Source: an uncultured bacterium (GTDB lineage Bacteria > Acidobacteriota > Thermoanaerobaculia > Multivoradales > JAHZIX01). From it: 64,000 nucleotides of DNA. The stretch's first letter is position 1. Each line of letters starts with the position of its first letter. The notes under the pieces were generated by a model that saw nothing but the letters and a program-made list of their open reading frames with translations, ran no database searches and had not been told where the DNA came from. Below are positions 1 to 9,525 of the stretch, piece after piece. Location: assembly GCA_965368975.1 (NCBI GenBank), contig CBDUPA010000001.1, positions 256,001-320,000 on the forward strand, read 5' to 3'. The position numbers and the translations under genes were made by a program.

Positions 1-1103
1 CGCTGCTTGGACATCTTGTCGATCTGTTTTTCGAGTGCCCGGATGCGGTCGCGGATGCGCCGGCGACCGATTTCCATTACCGTCTCGCCGGGACCGCGGC
101 CGCCGATGCCGCCCGTGAGGCGCGACAGGCCGGCGTCCTTCTCGGTCAGGCGCGGTAGCGAGTACTTGAGCTGCGCCAGCTCGACCTGCAGCTTGCCATC
201 GCGGCTGCGGGCACGTTGGGCGAAGACGTCCAGGATCAGCTGCGTGCGGTCGACTGCCTTGAGGCCAGTGGCATCTTCGAAAGCGCGTGCCTGGGCTGGC
301 TTGAGGTCGATGTCGAAGACGGCGACCTCGGCGCGACGTCGCATGCCTTCGAGCACGATGTCCTGCAGTTTGCCGCGGCCGACGACGGTCGACGGGTGGA
401 CGTGCCGGCGCTTCTGGCGCACGATCCCGGCAATCTCGACACCGGCTGCCTTGACCAGTTCCAGCGTTTCCTCGAAGTGATCGTCGTCGGCGGTGACACC
501 GATCACCAACACGCGCTCCTTCTGTGAGGCCGCGGCGTCGCCGGTCAGTCGGCGGAACTCGGCTTCCAGCGCCCGCATCGTCTCCTGGACATCGAGATCG
601 AGGCGGTGGACGTCGGAGGCGACGACGTGCTCGAAGGGGTCCGCGGGCACCTCGGCGTCGAGTTCGGCCTGCACGACGTCCGGTGTCGGCGACAGGTAGG
701 CGACCTCGACGCGGCCGGGCTGTCCGTCCTCCTGCGCTTCGATCATCGCGACCATGTCCAGGCGCAGCAGCGCCAGGTCGTTGAGGTCGTCCTGGGTCAG
801 TGACTCGCCGCGCAGGTGAGTGTGCACCAAGCGCAGGCCCCGGAAGCGCCCGACGCCACCGCGCAGGCGGCCGACATCCGGGACTTCGATGTGCGTGGCA
901 TCACCGACGACGACGTTACGGATCGAGCCATCGCGGTTGAGGAGTACACCCACTTGGCGACCGATACGGCGCGAGATCTCGGTCAGGTGGCGTGCGAGTT
1001 CGGGCGAGACGACTTGCTCCGGCGCAACCTTACGGCGGAATGTCCGCTCCAGGGCCCGCTTGTCGGACGTCTTGAGATCGCGGATGTTGCCTTCGACGTG
1101 CAT
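1..1103 (-). CDS. hflX: GTPase HflX, N-terminally extended form (runs off the left window edge)
   Basis: Not in the ORF track because no stop lies in the window. Manual reverse translation gives MHVEGNIRDLK... from ATG 1103 and ...LTGGIGGRGPGETVMEIGRRRIRDRIRALEKQIDKMSKQ at the edge, the HflX glycine-rich/coiled-coil signature. Confidence 0.9.
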   Translation of the reverse strand, partial: MHVEGNIRDLKTSDKRALERTFRRKVAPEQVVSPELARHLTEISRRIGRQVGVLLNRDGSIRNVVVGDATHIEVPDVGRLRGGVGRFRGLRLVHTHLRGESLTQDDLNDLALLRLDMVAMIEAQEDGQPGRVEVAYLSPTPDVVQAELDAEVPADPFEHVVASDVHRLDLDVQETMRALEAEFRRLTGDAAASQKERVLVIGVTADDDHFEETLELVKAAGVEIAGIVRQKRRHVHPSTVVGRGKLQDIVLEGMRRRAEVAVFDIDLKPAQARAFEDATGLKAVDRTQLILDVFAQRARSRDGKLQVELAQLKYSLPRLTEKDAGLSRLTGGIGGRGPGETVMEIGRRRIRDRIRALEKQIDKMSKQ

Positions 1104-1146
1104 AGAGCCTTTCTGTGCTTCTGTGGCTGGAGCGAGAGCGGAGACG

Positions 1147-1812
1147 TCAGGGCGCCAGGCGGCGGCGCTGCCAGCCGCTGGCGGAACTGCTGTCGCCTTG
1201 GCTGGTGGCCAAGTACTGCAAGCGGTCGTGCAGCCGGCTGCGTCGGCCCTGCCAGAATTCGAAGGATTCGGCGCGCAGCTGGAAGCCGCCCCAGAAGGCC
1301 GGTAGCGGCAGAGTGGCCAGTCCCTCGAAGCGTCGGCGCATCTCTTCGGCGCGTTGCTCGAGTTCTTGCCGGGATTCCAAGGGCGAACTCTGGCTCGATG
1401 CCCAGGCTGCGATCTGGCTGTCGCGCGGCCGACTCTGGAAGTAGGCCTCGGATTCGGTGTGGACGAGGCGTTCGACTTGCCCTTCGATACGGATCTGCCG
1501 TTCCAATTGGGGCCAGAAGAAGAGCAAGGCGGCGTGCGGGTTGGCGGCCAGCTCGACGCCCTTGCGACCCTCGTAGCTGGTGTAGAAGACGAAGCCGCCG
1601 GTGTCGAAGCTCTTGAGCAGCACCGTGCGTGCCGACGGCTTGCCGTCCGGCGTCGCGGTGGCCAACGTCATGGCGGTAGGCTCCGGAACCTGTGCGGTCA
1701 GCGCATCGGAGAACCAGGTCTCGAAGAGCGAAAAGGGATCTGTGTCGGCGTCTTGCACGGACAGGCCGGCGCGGTCGTACTCTGTGCGGTGATCTGCCAG
1801 GTCGCGATTCAT
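1147..1812 (-). CDS. pdxH: Pyridoxamine 5'-phosphate oxidase
   Basis: Motifs PTAMTLAT, PSARTVLLK, RQIRIEG, YFQSRPRDSQIAAWAS, EFWQGRRSRLHDR. Confidence 0.95.
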   Translation of the reverse strand: MNRDLADHRTEYDRAGLSVQDADTDPFSLFETWFSDALTAQVPEPTAMTLATATPDGKPSARTVLLKSFDTGGFVFYTSYEGRKGVELAANPHAALLFFWPQLERQIRIEGQVERLVHTESEAYFQSRPRDSQIAAWASSQSSPLESRQELEQRAEEMRRRFEGLATLPLPAFWGGFQLRAESFEFWQGRRSRLHDRLQYLATSQGDSSSASGWQRRRLAP

Positions 1813-1894
1813 GGCCGCCTATCCTACGTCAGGCGGTGGTGGGATTGCACCCGCCGACTGCTGGGGCCGAGGAGAGAACTGTTCCGGGGCAAGG

Positions 1895-1925
1895 AAAAAG
1901 GCCGGACACCGAAGTGCCCGGCCTT
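1895..1925 (-). terminator. Intrinsic terminator of the repeat-protein gene
   Basis: Minus strand reads AAGGCCGGGCAC-TTCG-GTGTCCGGCCTTTTT (GC stem, TTCG loop, U tract), about 40 bp after the stop at 1966. Confidence 0.8.
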
Positions 1926-1965
1926 GCAGCTCACCGCTCAGGGTGAGTCACCGAGGGGTGCCGCG

Positions 1966-4900
1966 TCAGTTGCCGCGTGACTCCCGGTGCGGACGGCCGA
2001 TGTAGCCGCCAGCGTTCGGTTGCTTGACCAGGTTGACCCACTCGCGCATCGCGCCGATGCTGCAGCCGAACTTGGTGTGGCCGTTGCCCAGACCCTGGGC
2101 TTCGATGATCTGCTCGCACGAGCAGCCGGCCGTGTCCGTGGTGGTGAATACGTCCCCAGCGCCACCGGGCAGGCTGTCGAAGATGGTGTCACCGTCGGTC
2201 AGCGCGTAGCGGTTCTTCTTCAGGCCGCGTGTCGGCACGCCCTCAGGGATCGTGGTGCCTGGACAGACGTCGTCGCCGTCGAGCACGCCGTCTCCGTCGG
2301 AGTCGACGATCACCACCTCGAAGATGGTCAGCGTTGCGGTGGCTGGCGTGGCGAGGACTTCGCCGGCCCGCGTCAGCTCGCTGGTCTCGTTGAGGTAGTC
2401 CCCGACCGCCGCCGAACCCGGCACCTGCAAGGTCACGCCGAAGGAGCAGGAGCCCCCCGGCAGCAGGCTGCCGTCGTTGAAGTTCAGTGCGGTGGTGCCC
2501 TCGAGGCTCGAACCTTCGCCGCAGATGTCGGTCGCTGGCAGTCCGACGGCTGTCAAGCCGGGGAGCATCGCGCCGAGGTCGTCGGTGAAGGAGAGCAGGT
2601 TGATGGTGTCGCCGCTCAGGTTCTCCAGGTTGAACACCAGGGTCACCGTATCGCCGGCTTCGACGCTGCCGCTGAACGACTTGCTGAAGGCCATGAAGTC
2701 GATCTGCAGCACGTCGCTGGCGGTGCCACCCTCGACGGCGAGGCCGCCGATGGTGCCCGTGATGGTGCTGGTGGTATTGGTCGCTTCGGTGCCGAGACTA
2801 ACGTCGGTCGGCACGGTCAAAGCGACATCGAAGGTGCAGGAAGCGCCCGCCGCCAGGCTGCCACCGCTGAAGGTCAGCAGGCTGCTGCCGCTCAGCTGCG
2901 AACCGATGCCGCAGACATCCGTGAGCACCGCGCCCGAGGCCGCGAGGCCGCTCAGAGCCGCGTTCAGATCGTCGGTGAAGGCGATGTCGGCCACCGCTTC
3001 ACTGGCGTTCAGGTTGTCGATGGTGAAGCGCAGTGTGACGGCGTCACCCGGGCCGGCTGGGTCGTCGACGAATTCCTTGCTCAGACTGAGGAAGTTGGTC
3101 TCGACGAGCAGCCGATCGCTGATGTTGTCGAAGGTGATCAGGGTGGCGTTGAAGGTCGCCGCGATCAGCGAGGTCGTGCTGATGTAGGTGTCGGGCGGCG
3201 TCGATGCCGGCACCGTCAACGGCACGTCAAAGGTGCAGGACGCTGCCGGCGCCAGCACGCCATTTTGCAGGAAGAGGAACGTTCCGCCGCTGACGGCTGC
3301 CAGCGACGAGCCGGCGCCGCAAGGCTCGCTCGGCACGCTGGCGGCGGCGAGGCCGTCGAGTGCGCTGCCGAGGTTGTCCTGCAGCAGGATGCTGGAGGCC
3401 GTATCGGTCGGACTGTCGTTGGTGAACGTGTAGCGCAAGGTGACCGTGCCACCCGGCAGCACCGGATCGTTGATGAACTCTTTGCTGGCGCTCAGACCGG
3501 CGATGCGCAGGTCGTCGGACGCCGCGTTGCCGACCGTCGAGATACCCAGGACGGTACCGACGACGCTGCTGGTGGTGTTGGTGTAGGCACCCGGAGCCGC
3601 CGCTGCAGGAGCCTGCAAGGCGACGTCGAAGGTGCAGCTCTCACCGATGTCGAGGCTGCCACCGGTGAACAGCAGTGTCATGGTGCCGCTGATCGAGGAG
3701 CCGGCGCCGCAAGGCGTGCTGGGCAGGCTGGTGGCGACCAAGCCGGAGAGCGTCGCGTCGAGGTCGTCGGTGAAGCTGACGTCCGTGACCGCGGCCGGAG
3801 CGGACTCCAGGTGCCGCAAGGTGAAGCGCAGGGTGACGTTGTCGCCCGGCTGCACCGGATCGTCGATGAACTCCTTCTCCAGCTGCGGCGGGGCCACGAC
3901 CTGCAGGTCGTCGCTGGCCGCGTCGCCGGTGATGGTCTCGCCGTCGACGGTCGCGGTGATCTCGCTGGTGGTGTTGTTGTAGGTGCCGGCGGGGGCATTC
4001 TCGGACACGTCGAGCGTGATCGAGAAGGTGCAGCTGGCTGCCGGCGCCAGGTTGGCTCCGGTGACCGTCAGGCGAGCCGGCGTGACGCTGATACCGCCGA
4101 GCCAGGGTGTGAAGGTTGCCGTCGATCCGGCGCCGCAGAAGCCCGCGGCGGGTACCGCGGCAGCCGTCTGGTGGATGGTTTCGAACACGTCGGTGAAGGT
4201 AATGTCGGTCGCCGACGAGGTGAGACTGGAGTTGGTGATGGTGAACTCGAGCACCGTCGTGCCGCCGCCACCTACCGGGTTGTCGAGGAAAGTCTTGGTC
4301 AGCACCGGTACCGGCTGCACGAAGAGCAGATCCGACGCCGGATCTCCGATCACAGGACTGCCGTCGAAGTCGGCGCTGATCGAGCTAGTGGTGTTGACGT
4401 ACGTCCCAGGCACCGCGTCGCTCGGCACCTGCAGCGTGGCGCTGAAGGTACACGTCTGCTCCGTGCCCAGGTTACCGCCGCTCAGCACCAGCGTGCTGGA
4501 GCCGGTCAGGGAGGAGCCAGCGCCGCAGGGGTTGGACGGCAAGCCGACCGCGACCAGGCCCGTCAGCGTGGCGTCGAGATCGTCGCTGAAGCTGATGTTG
4601 CTGGCCGAGTTGCGGCGGTCGAGGTTGCGCACGGTGAACTCGAGGGTCACCGTGGCACCCGGCGCCACCGGGTCGTCGACGAAGTTCTTGGACACCGCGA
4701 TCTGCTCGATCGTCGAGGTCAGGGTCGCGCTGGCCATGCCCGAGTCGACCAGGGCGAAGCCGCTCAGCCGCTGGCCCGTCAGGTTGCCGGAGGTGTTGCC
4801 CAGGGTACCGATGGCGTTGGCTTGCACATCGACGCTGATCGTGCAGATGGCGCCGGCATTGACCAGCGCATCCAGTCCACCCAGGCTGCTGTAGGAGATC

Positions 4901-5574
4901 GAGTTACTGCCGGGGACGGCCGTGATGGAGCCGCCGGTGCAGGTGCTGCTGGCGCTGGCGGGATCCGCCACCGCCATGGTCGACGGCAGCGTGTCCGTGA
5001 AGCGCATACCGAACACGTCGCTGTCGTTGGCGCTGTTGTCGATGGTGAAGGTCAGCGTCGTGCGGCCGCCGAAGAAGACGTTGGCCGGCGAGAAGCTCTT
5101 GGTGAAACCGGGGCGGTCGGTCGCCACCGTCAGGTCGGCGCTGGCGCCGGGGGCGCTGCCGGCGTCCCAGGTCAGGCTGCCGGAGGTGTTGGTGTAGGTG
5201 CCGGGACCGCTCGCCGTCACGTTGACGCTGATGGTGCAGGTGCTGTTGCCCGGGAGTCCACCACCGCTGTAGGTGATGGTGGTACCGCCGTCCGGAGCGG
5301 TCAAGGTACCGAAGCAACTGCTCTCTGCCGCCGCCGGGCTGGCGAGGGTCATGCCGGCCGGCAGTGCATCGGTGAGTGTGGCACCGCGCAGGCCGCTACC
5401 ACTAGGGTTCGACAGGGTGAACGTGAGGGTGCTGGTACTGCCCGGTCCAATCGTGCTTGGATTGAAGGCCTTGCTCAGGCTTTGACCGGACGCTGCGGGA
5501 GTAAAGGCGAGGACCGCGAGAAGCGCGGTACATACCGGGAGGAGGCGAGGGTCAACTCGCTTGCTGCTGTGCAT
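1966..5574 (-). CDS. Secreted surface protein with 8 tandem DUF11-like Ig-fold repeats and a Cys-containing C-terminal domain
   Basis: Signal peptide (LLAVLAFTPAASG); GGAGG before ATG 5574; eight ~130-aa repeats starting xxKxF; TSP3-like DSDGDGVLDGDDVCP near the C-terminus. Confidence 0.8.
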   Translation of the reverse strand: MHSSKRVDPRLLPVCTALLAVLAFTPAASGQSLSKAFNPSTIGPGSTSTLTFTLSNPSGSGLRGATLTDALPAGMTLASPAAAESSCFGTLTAPDGGTTITYSGGGLPGNSTCTISVNVTASGPGTYTNTSGSLTWDAGSAPGASADLTVATDRPGFTKSFSPANVFFGGRTTLTFTIDNSANDSDVFGMRFTDTLPSTMAVADPASASSTCTGGSITAVPGSNSISYSSLGGLDALVNAGAICTISVDVQANAIGTLGNTSGNLTGQRLSGFALVDSGMASATLTSTIEQIAVSKNFVDDPVAPGATVTLEFTVRNLDRRNSASNISFSDDLDATLTGLVAVGLPSNPCGAGSSLTGSSTLVLSGGNLGTEQTCTFSATLQVPSDAVPGTYVNTTSSISADFDGSPVIGDPASDLLFVQPVPVLTKTFLDNPVGGGGTTVLEFTITNSSLTSSATDITFTDVFETIHQTAAAVPAAGFCGAGSTATFTPWLGGISVTPARLTVTGANLAPAASCTFSITLDVSENAPAGTYNNTTSEITATVDGETITGDAASDDLQVVAPPQLEKEFIDDPVQPGDNVTLRFTLRHLESAPAAVTDVSFTDDLDATLSGLVATSLPSTPCGAGSSISGTMTLLFTGGSLDIGESCTFDVALQAPAAAAPGAYTNTTSSVVGTVLGISTVGNAASDDLRIAGLSASKEFINDPVLPGGTVTLRYTFTNDSPTDTASSILLQDNLGSALDGLAAASVPSEPCGAGSSLAAVSGGTFLFLQNGVLAPAASCTFDVPLTVPASTPPDTYISTTSLIAATFNATLITFDNISDRLLVETNFLSLSKEFVDDPAGPGDAVTLRFTIDNLNASEAVADIAFTDDLNAALSGLAASGAVLTDVCGIGSQLSGSSLLTFSGGSLAAGASCTFDVALTVPTDVSLGTEATNTTSTITGTIGGLAVEGGTASDVLQIDFMAFSKSFSGSVEAGDTVTLVFNLENLSGDTINLLSFTDDLGAMLPGLTAVGLPATDICGEGSSLEGTTALNFNDGSLLPGGSCSFGVTLQVPGSAAVGDYLNETSELTRAGEVLATPATATLTIFEVVIVDSDGDGVLDGDDVCPGTTIPEGVPTRGLKKNRYALTDGDTIFDSLPGGAGDVFTTTDTAGCSCEQIIEAQGLGNGHTKFGCSIGAMREWVNLVKQPNAGGYIGRPHRESRGN

Positions 5575-5661
5575 GGAAACATCCCTCCGAGACCGCAAGT
5601 CGCGATCTCTTCGTAGGTTCATGAAAGGGCTAATGAGATAACGAGAAATCTAATCGCACCC

Positions 5662-5690
5662 ATTATAGCTCAGCACGAGTTGCCGAGCAA
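5662..5690 (-). promoter_or_regulatory. Sigma70-type promoter for the repeat protein
   Basis: Minus strand TTGCTC-17 bp-TATAAT. Confidence 0.55.
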
Positions 5691-5840
5691 CCGGCATTGA
5701 CGCGATTCGGTGAGTCGAAAAGCCCAGAAATAAAGGCATCTTCAGATGCGCATGATCTCGCCGAGGTTCCAGGTCTCCCATGGCGCCTCGGTCTGACTTG
5801 CGGCGCCATGGGTCCTGGGTACAGCAGTCGAGAGCGAGCC

Positions 5841-8243
5841 TCAGAACAGCAGTTTGATGCTCAGGCTGACGTCGCGACCGGGCAGCGGTGCCAGGTTCTT
5901 GAGGAAGGACGTATGCGGGCGCGCCTCTTCGTCGCTCAGGTTCCGGCCGCGCAGCATCAAGTCGACGATCTGGTCGGAGAACAGGAAGCGATAGCCGAGG
6001 CTGGCGTTGAACAGGGTGTAGCCGTCGGTCGGCGACTCGCTGACCGCGACCTTGTCCTGCTGGTCGACCCAGCGCACCTCGGCGGAGCCGTTCCAGCGCT
6101 CGCTGTGATAGTGCACGCCGGCGGCCAGGCTCATCGGCGGGATGCGCGGCAGGTATCCCCCATTGCGAGCCAGCTTCGCCTCCACGTAGTCGCCGCTGAG
6201 CTGCAGGTGCAGGTGGTGTCCGTGGGTCTCGTAGAGCTCGAGCCGGGCTTTGAACTCCGCGCCGGTGAACTCGGCGTCGGTCTGGCTGTACAGCACGACC
6301 GGGAAGCCGTCCTCGTCGCCGCCGGTGAACGCCTGGTAGATGAAGTCGTCGAAGTCCTGGCGGAAGAGCGTCAGCTCGCCGGAGCTGTGCTCCCCCTCGT
6401 AGCGTAGGGACAGATCCAGCCCGAGACCGGTCTCTTCTTGCAGGTTCGGATCGCCCAACTCGAAGGTCTGCGTCGCCACGTGCACGCCGTCCGAGAACAG
6501 TTCCTCCGGCGCCGGTAGCTTGACCGAGCGGGCGAGCGATGCGGCCACCGACAACGTCTCGGTCGCCCGCCAGACCAGACCCAGGGAGGTGCTGAACCCA
6601 TCGTGAGAACGGGCGGCGGCGCCGATTGGGTCGATGTCCTGCGTCTCGAAACGTGCTCCCAGCTGCCAAGCCAGGTCGCCGGTGTCGAATTCCTGCAACG
6701 TGAAGAGCGCCAGCCGCTCGGTCGTCGACTTCGGCAGGAAGGCTTCGTCGCCGATCGCCTCGAACTCGCGGTCCAGGTACTGCAGGCCGACCGCACCGGT
6801 GTGGCGGGTGGCGCCGGCCCCCAGCGTGCGTTCGGTCTGGATCGCTTCGATGCGTGTCTCGACGAAATCGTTGAAGAAGCGGGTGCCGATCTGTGTGCCT
6901 TCGAGCTCCACATGCTCATAGTCGGTAGCGCCCAAGCGCGCACGCAGGGCCTGGAAGGGGCCGAAGGCCTCGACCCACTCGCCACGCAGGTCGAGGCGGC
7001 GCTGCTGCATGTCGATGCGCACGTCTTCCTCTTCCTCCTCGTGGCCGTGGTCGTCGTCTTCTTTCAACCCCAGGCTGGACTCGTCCCCTTCGTGGTGATC
7101 GTCGTCCTCCTCGTCATGACCGTGGCCGTGCCCTCCCGGCAAGCCGTAGTTGCTGTCGAAGCCGCTCACCGCGACGCCGAAGAAACCCTTGGTGCCGAAG
7201 TAGGTCACGCCGAGACGGCCAGACTGAGTCTCGAGATCGCTGTTGGGTACGATGCCGAGGGGGTTCTCTTCTCCCTCTTCCTGGTCGTGGTCTTCGTCCT
7301 CTTCGGCAAGAGCGAAGCCGGGGATTTCGTAGTCGTCGGTCTCGCGGGCGATAGCGCCCACCGTCCAAGCCCAGTCGCCACTGCCACCCGTCAGTTCGAG
7401 CACGCCAGTGCGCTCGTCGTTGACGCTGCCGCCGCGCAACTCGAGGCTGCCGCTGATGCCCTGGTTCGAGCGGAGGGTCGGAATGCGGCCGTCGATGACG
7501 TTGATCGCGCCCCCGATTGCACTGGAGCCGTAGAGCAGCGTCGCGGGACCGCGCAGAACTTCGATACGCTCGGCCTGTGCCGGATCGGTCGTCACCGCGT
7601 GATCGGCGCTGACACCCGAAGCGTCACCGGTATCGAGGCCACCTTCGAGCACGCGGACTCGGTCACCGGCCATGCCTCGAATGATGGGCCTGCTGGCCCC
7701 GGGGCCGAAGAACGTCGAACTGATACCGGGTTCCTGGGCCAGCGTTTCGCCCAGCGTTGGTTGCAGGCGCAAGCTGAGTTCTTCGCCGCTCAGGCTACTG
7801 GTTGCGGTCGCCAGCTCCAGCGGGTTGCGCGCGTCGATCGACGCGGTGACGACGATCTCGTCGAAGTGCGCGCCCGGCGTCACCAGGATGTCCGCGCTGG
7901 TGGTCTCGCCGGCGCGGATCGTGATCCGTTCGACGGCGACTCCCAAGCTCGGGACTTCCACTTCGAGTAGGTAGGAGCCCGGTCTCAATCCGTCGAAGCG
8001 GAAGCGACCGTCGGCACCGACCCTGGTGCTCACGTTGAGGTCGAGGATGCGGGCCGTGGCGAGTACGAAGTCGTGGTCGTGCGGCGGCGTTACGCTGCCT
8101 TCGAAGCTGCCCGTAGGTGCTTCTTCGGTCTGACCGGTGAGCGAAGGGGTGTCGAAGCCGAAGGTGATGACCACGGACAGGCACACCCATACCAAGGCCG
8201 GAAGTCTGTAGCGGAGCAGGGAAAGTCGATTCGAATCGAACAT
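5841..8243 (-). CDS. TonB-dependent receptor, ZnuD-like (His/acid-rich loops)
   Basis: Plug motifs ASRPIIRG and RIEVLRGPATLLYGSSAIGGAINV; loop GHGHGHDEEDDDHHEG...DDDHGHEEEEED; C-terminal Phe. Confidence 0.9.
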   Translation of the reverse strand: MFDSNRLSLLRYRLPALVWVCLSVVITFGFDTPSLTGQTEEAPTGSFEGSVTPPHDHDFVLATARILDLNVSTRVGADGRFRFDGLRPGSYLLEVEVPSLGVAVERITIRAGETTSADILVTPGAHFDEIVVTASIDARNPLELATATSSLSGEELSLRLQPTLGETLAQEPGISSTFFGPGASRPIIRGMAGDRVRVLEGGLDTGDASGVSADHAVTTDPAQAERIEVLRGPATLLYGSSAIGGAINVIDGRIPTLRSNQGISGSLELRGGSVNDERTGVLELTGGSGDWAWTVGAIARETDDYEIPGFALAEEDEDHDQEEGEENPLGIVPNSDLETQSGRLGVTYFGTKGFFGVAVSGFDSNYGLPGGHGHGHDEEDDDHHEGDESSLGLKEDDDHGHEEEEEDVRIDMQQRRLDLRGEWVEAFGPFQALRARLGATDYEHVELEGTQIGTRFFNDFVETRIEAIQTERTLGAGATRHTGAVGLQYLDREFEAIGDEAFLPKSTTERLALFTLQEFDTGDLAWQLGARFETQDIDPIGAAARSHDGFSTSLGLVWRATETLSVAASLARSVKLPAPEELFSDGVHVATQTFELGDPNLQEETGLGLDLSLRYEGEHSSGELTLFRQDFDDFIYQAFTGGDEDGFPVVLYSQTDAEFTGAEFKARLELYETHGHHLHLQLSGDYVEAKLARNGGYLPRIPPMSLAAGVHYHSERWNGSAEVRWVDQQDKVAVSESPTDGYTLFNASLGYRFLFSDQIVDLMLRGRNLSDEEARPHTSFLKNLAPLPGRDVSLSIKLLF

Positions 8244-8415
8244 GGCCGGAGTCCTTTCTCGGAAGAGCTAGAGGCAGAGCGAAGACCGAAGTGCTCTCGG
8301 TCCGAAGGGGCCGCATGCAGCGAGCCCGGCGTTCCGGTACCGGGAGCTCTCGTCAGCGAGAGATCAGGCTCAGTTCCTTGGGGGACGGCGCTCGCGGCGA
8401 GGCGGCGCGCCGGAC

Positions 8416-8835
8416 TCAGGCGGAAGGGGGGCCGCGCAGGCTGCGGCTGGTGAGGGGAGCGCGGACGCAGTGGAGGTTGCCCGGGCAGCGGCTCGCCTGC
8501 TCCTGGGGTAGCAACCCCGTGGCGGTCGCGGCTGAGATGCGGCTCAGGTGGCGCTGGCTCTGCAGGCGGCAGCCCAGGCAGTGGTGCTGGTGCCCATGAC
8601 CGCTGGCGGTCAGCTCGGGCGCGGGGGGCGACGGAACCTGCTCTCCCATCGCCGGGTGCCCATGGTCGACGACGCAGGTGTGCTCGTTGAGCCGGGCGGT
8701 GCCGTGGTGGTCGTGGCCGACCAGCTCTGCAGTCGAAGTCACCAGCAGCAACAGCACCAAGATCGGCCCGACGGTGAGAGGGCCGAAAGCGAGCGATGCG
8801 GTGCGGCGGCAGACGTGCTGTAGGCAGAGCCACAT
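8416..8835 (-). CDS. DUF2946/CruR-like leader protein with CxxC and C-terminal RGPP
   Basis: Hydrophobic N-terminal segment, HDHH and HGHQHHCLGC, ends RGPPSA*; lies directly upstream of the TonB receptor on the same strand. Confidence 0.7.
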   Translation of the reverse strand: MWLCLQHVCRRTASLAFGPLTVGPILVLLLLVTSTAELVGHDHHGTARLNEHTCVVDHGHPAMGEQVPSPPAPELTASGHGHQHHCLGCRLQSQRHLSRISAATATGLLPQEQASRCPGNLHCVRAPLTSRSLRGPPSA

Positions 8836-8863
8836 GACTCCCTGAGTCTACAGCATTTTTTGG

Positions 8864-8886
8864 TAATGGGAAATGATTATCAATAA
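8864..8886. promoter_or_regulatory. Fur-family operator (Fur/Zur-like box)
   Basis: TAATGGGAAATGATTATCAATAA contains gggAAAT-g-ATTATCA, matching the 7-1-7 TGATAAT-N-ATTATCA Fur consensus; AT-rich island upstream of a metal-uptake unit. Confidence 0.6.
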
Positions 8887-9011
8887 ATGCTTGGCCGCGG
8901 CACGGGTCTCTAGGCTGGAGGGGCGAGCGTGGAGGGTGCTGCCTTGACTTCCACCGGGCGTCCCGTTTACAAATGTCTAAACCATCTCGAACCACTCAGG
9001 AGACGACAGAC

Positions 9012-9416
9012 ATGGCAAAGCTCGAATACGTCGAGGGAATTGGTACCAAGTACGCGGACAAACTGCGTTCCGCAGGGGTCGCCAGCACGGACGGCCTGCT
9101 CAAGGCGGGCCGCACCCGCAAGGGTCGGAAGCAGATCGCGGACGGCAGCGGCATCAGTGAGAAGCTGGTGTTGACGTGGGTCAACCACGTCGATCTCTTC
9201 CGCATCAAGGGCGTCGGTGAAGAGTACGCCGATCTGCTCGAAGCCGCTGGGGTCGACACCGTCGTCGAGCTGGCGCAGCGCAAGCCGGAGAACCTACATG
9301 CCAAGATGGCGGAGACCAACGCCAAGCACAAGCGCGTGCGCCAGCTGCCGGCGCTCAGCCTGGTCGAGGACTGGGTGGCGCAGGCGAAGAAGCTGCCGCG
9401 CGGCGTCGAGTACTGA
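9012..9416 (+). CDS. DUF4332 domain protein (helix-hairpin-helix)
   Basis: VEGIGTKYADKL, DLFRIKGVGEEYADLLEAAGVDTVVELAQRKPENL; AGGAG RBS before ATG 9012. Confidence 0.85.
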   Translation: MAKLEYVEGIGTKYADKLRSAGVASTDGLLKAGRTRKGRKQIADGSGISEKLVLTWVNHVDLFRIKGVGEEYADLLEAAGVDTVVELAQRKPENLHAKMAETNAKHKRVRQLPALSLVEDWVAQAKKLPRGVEY

Positions 9417-9525
9417 CAACGAAGCTCGGTCCAGACCGAACTTCGTTGGCGGTACGCGTTCTCAGGGGGCCTGGGGGCCAGGCCCCCCTCCAGGTTTCCG
9501 GTGTCACTGCAAACGATCCAACTTG

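Noticed and set aside
7-1616. Plus-strand ORFs at the left edge
   Set aside because: Shadows of minus-strand hflX and pdxH.
1987-5616. 1209-aa plus-strand ORF
   Set aside because: Antisense shadow of the repeat protein; typical of high-GC codon bias, with no motifs.
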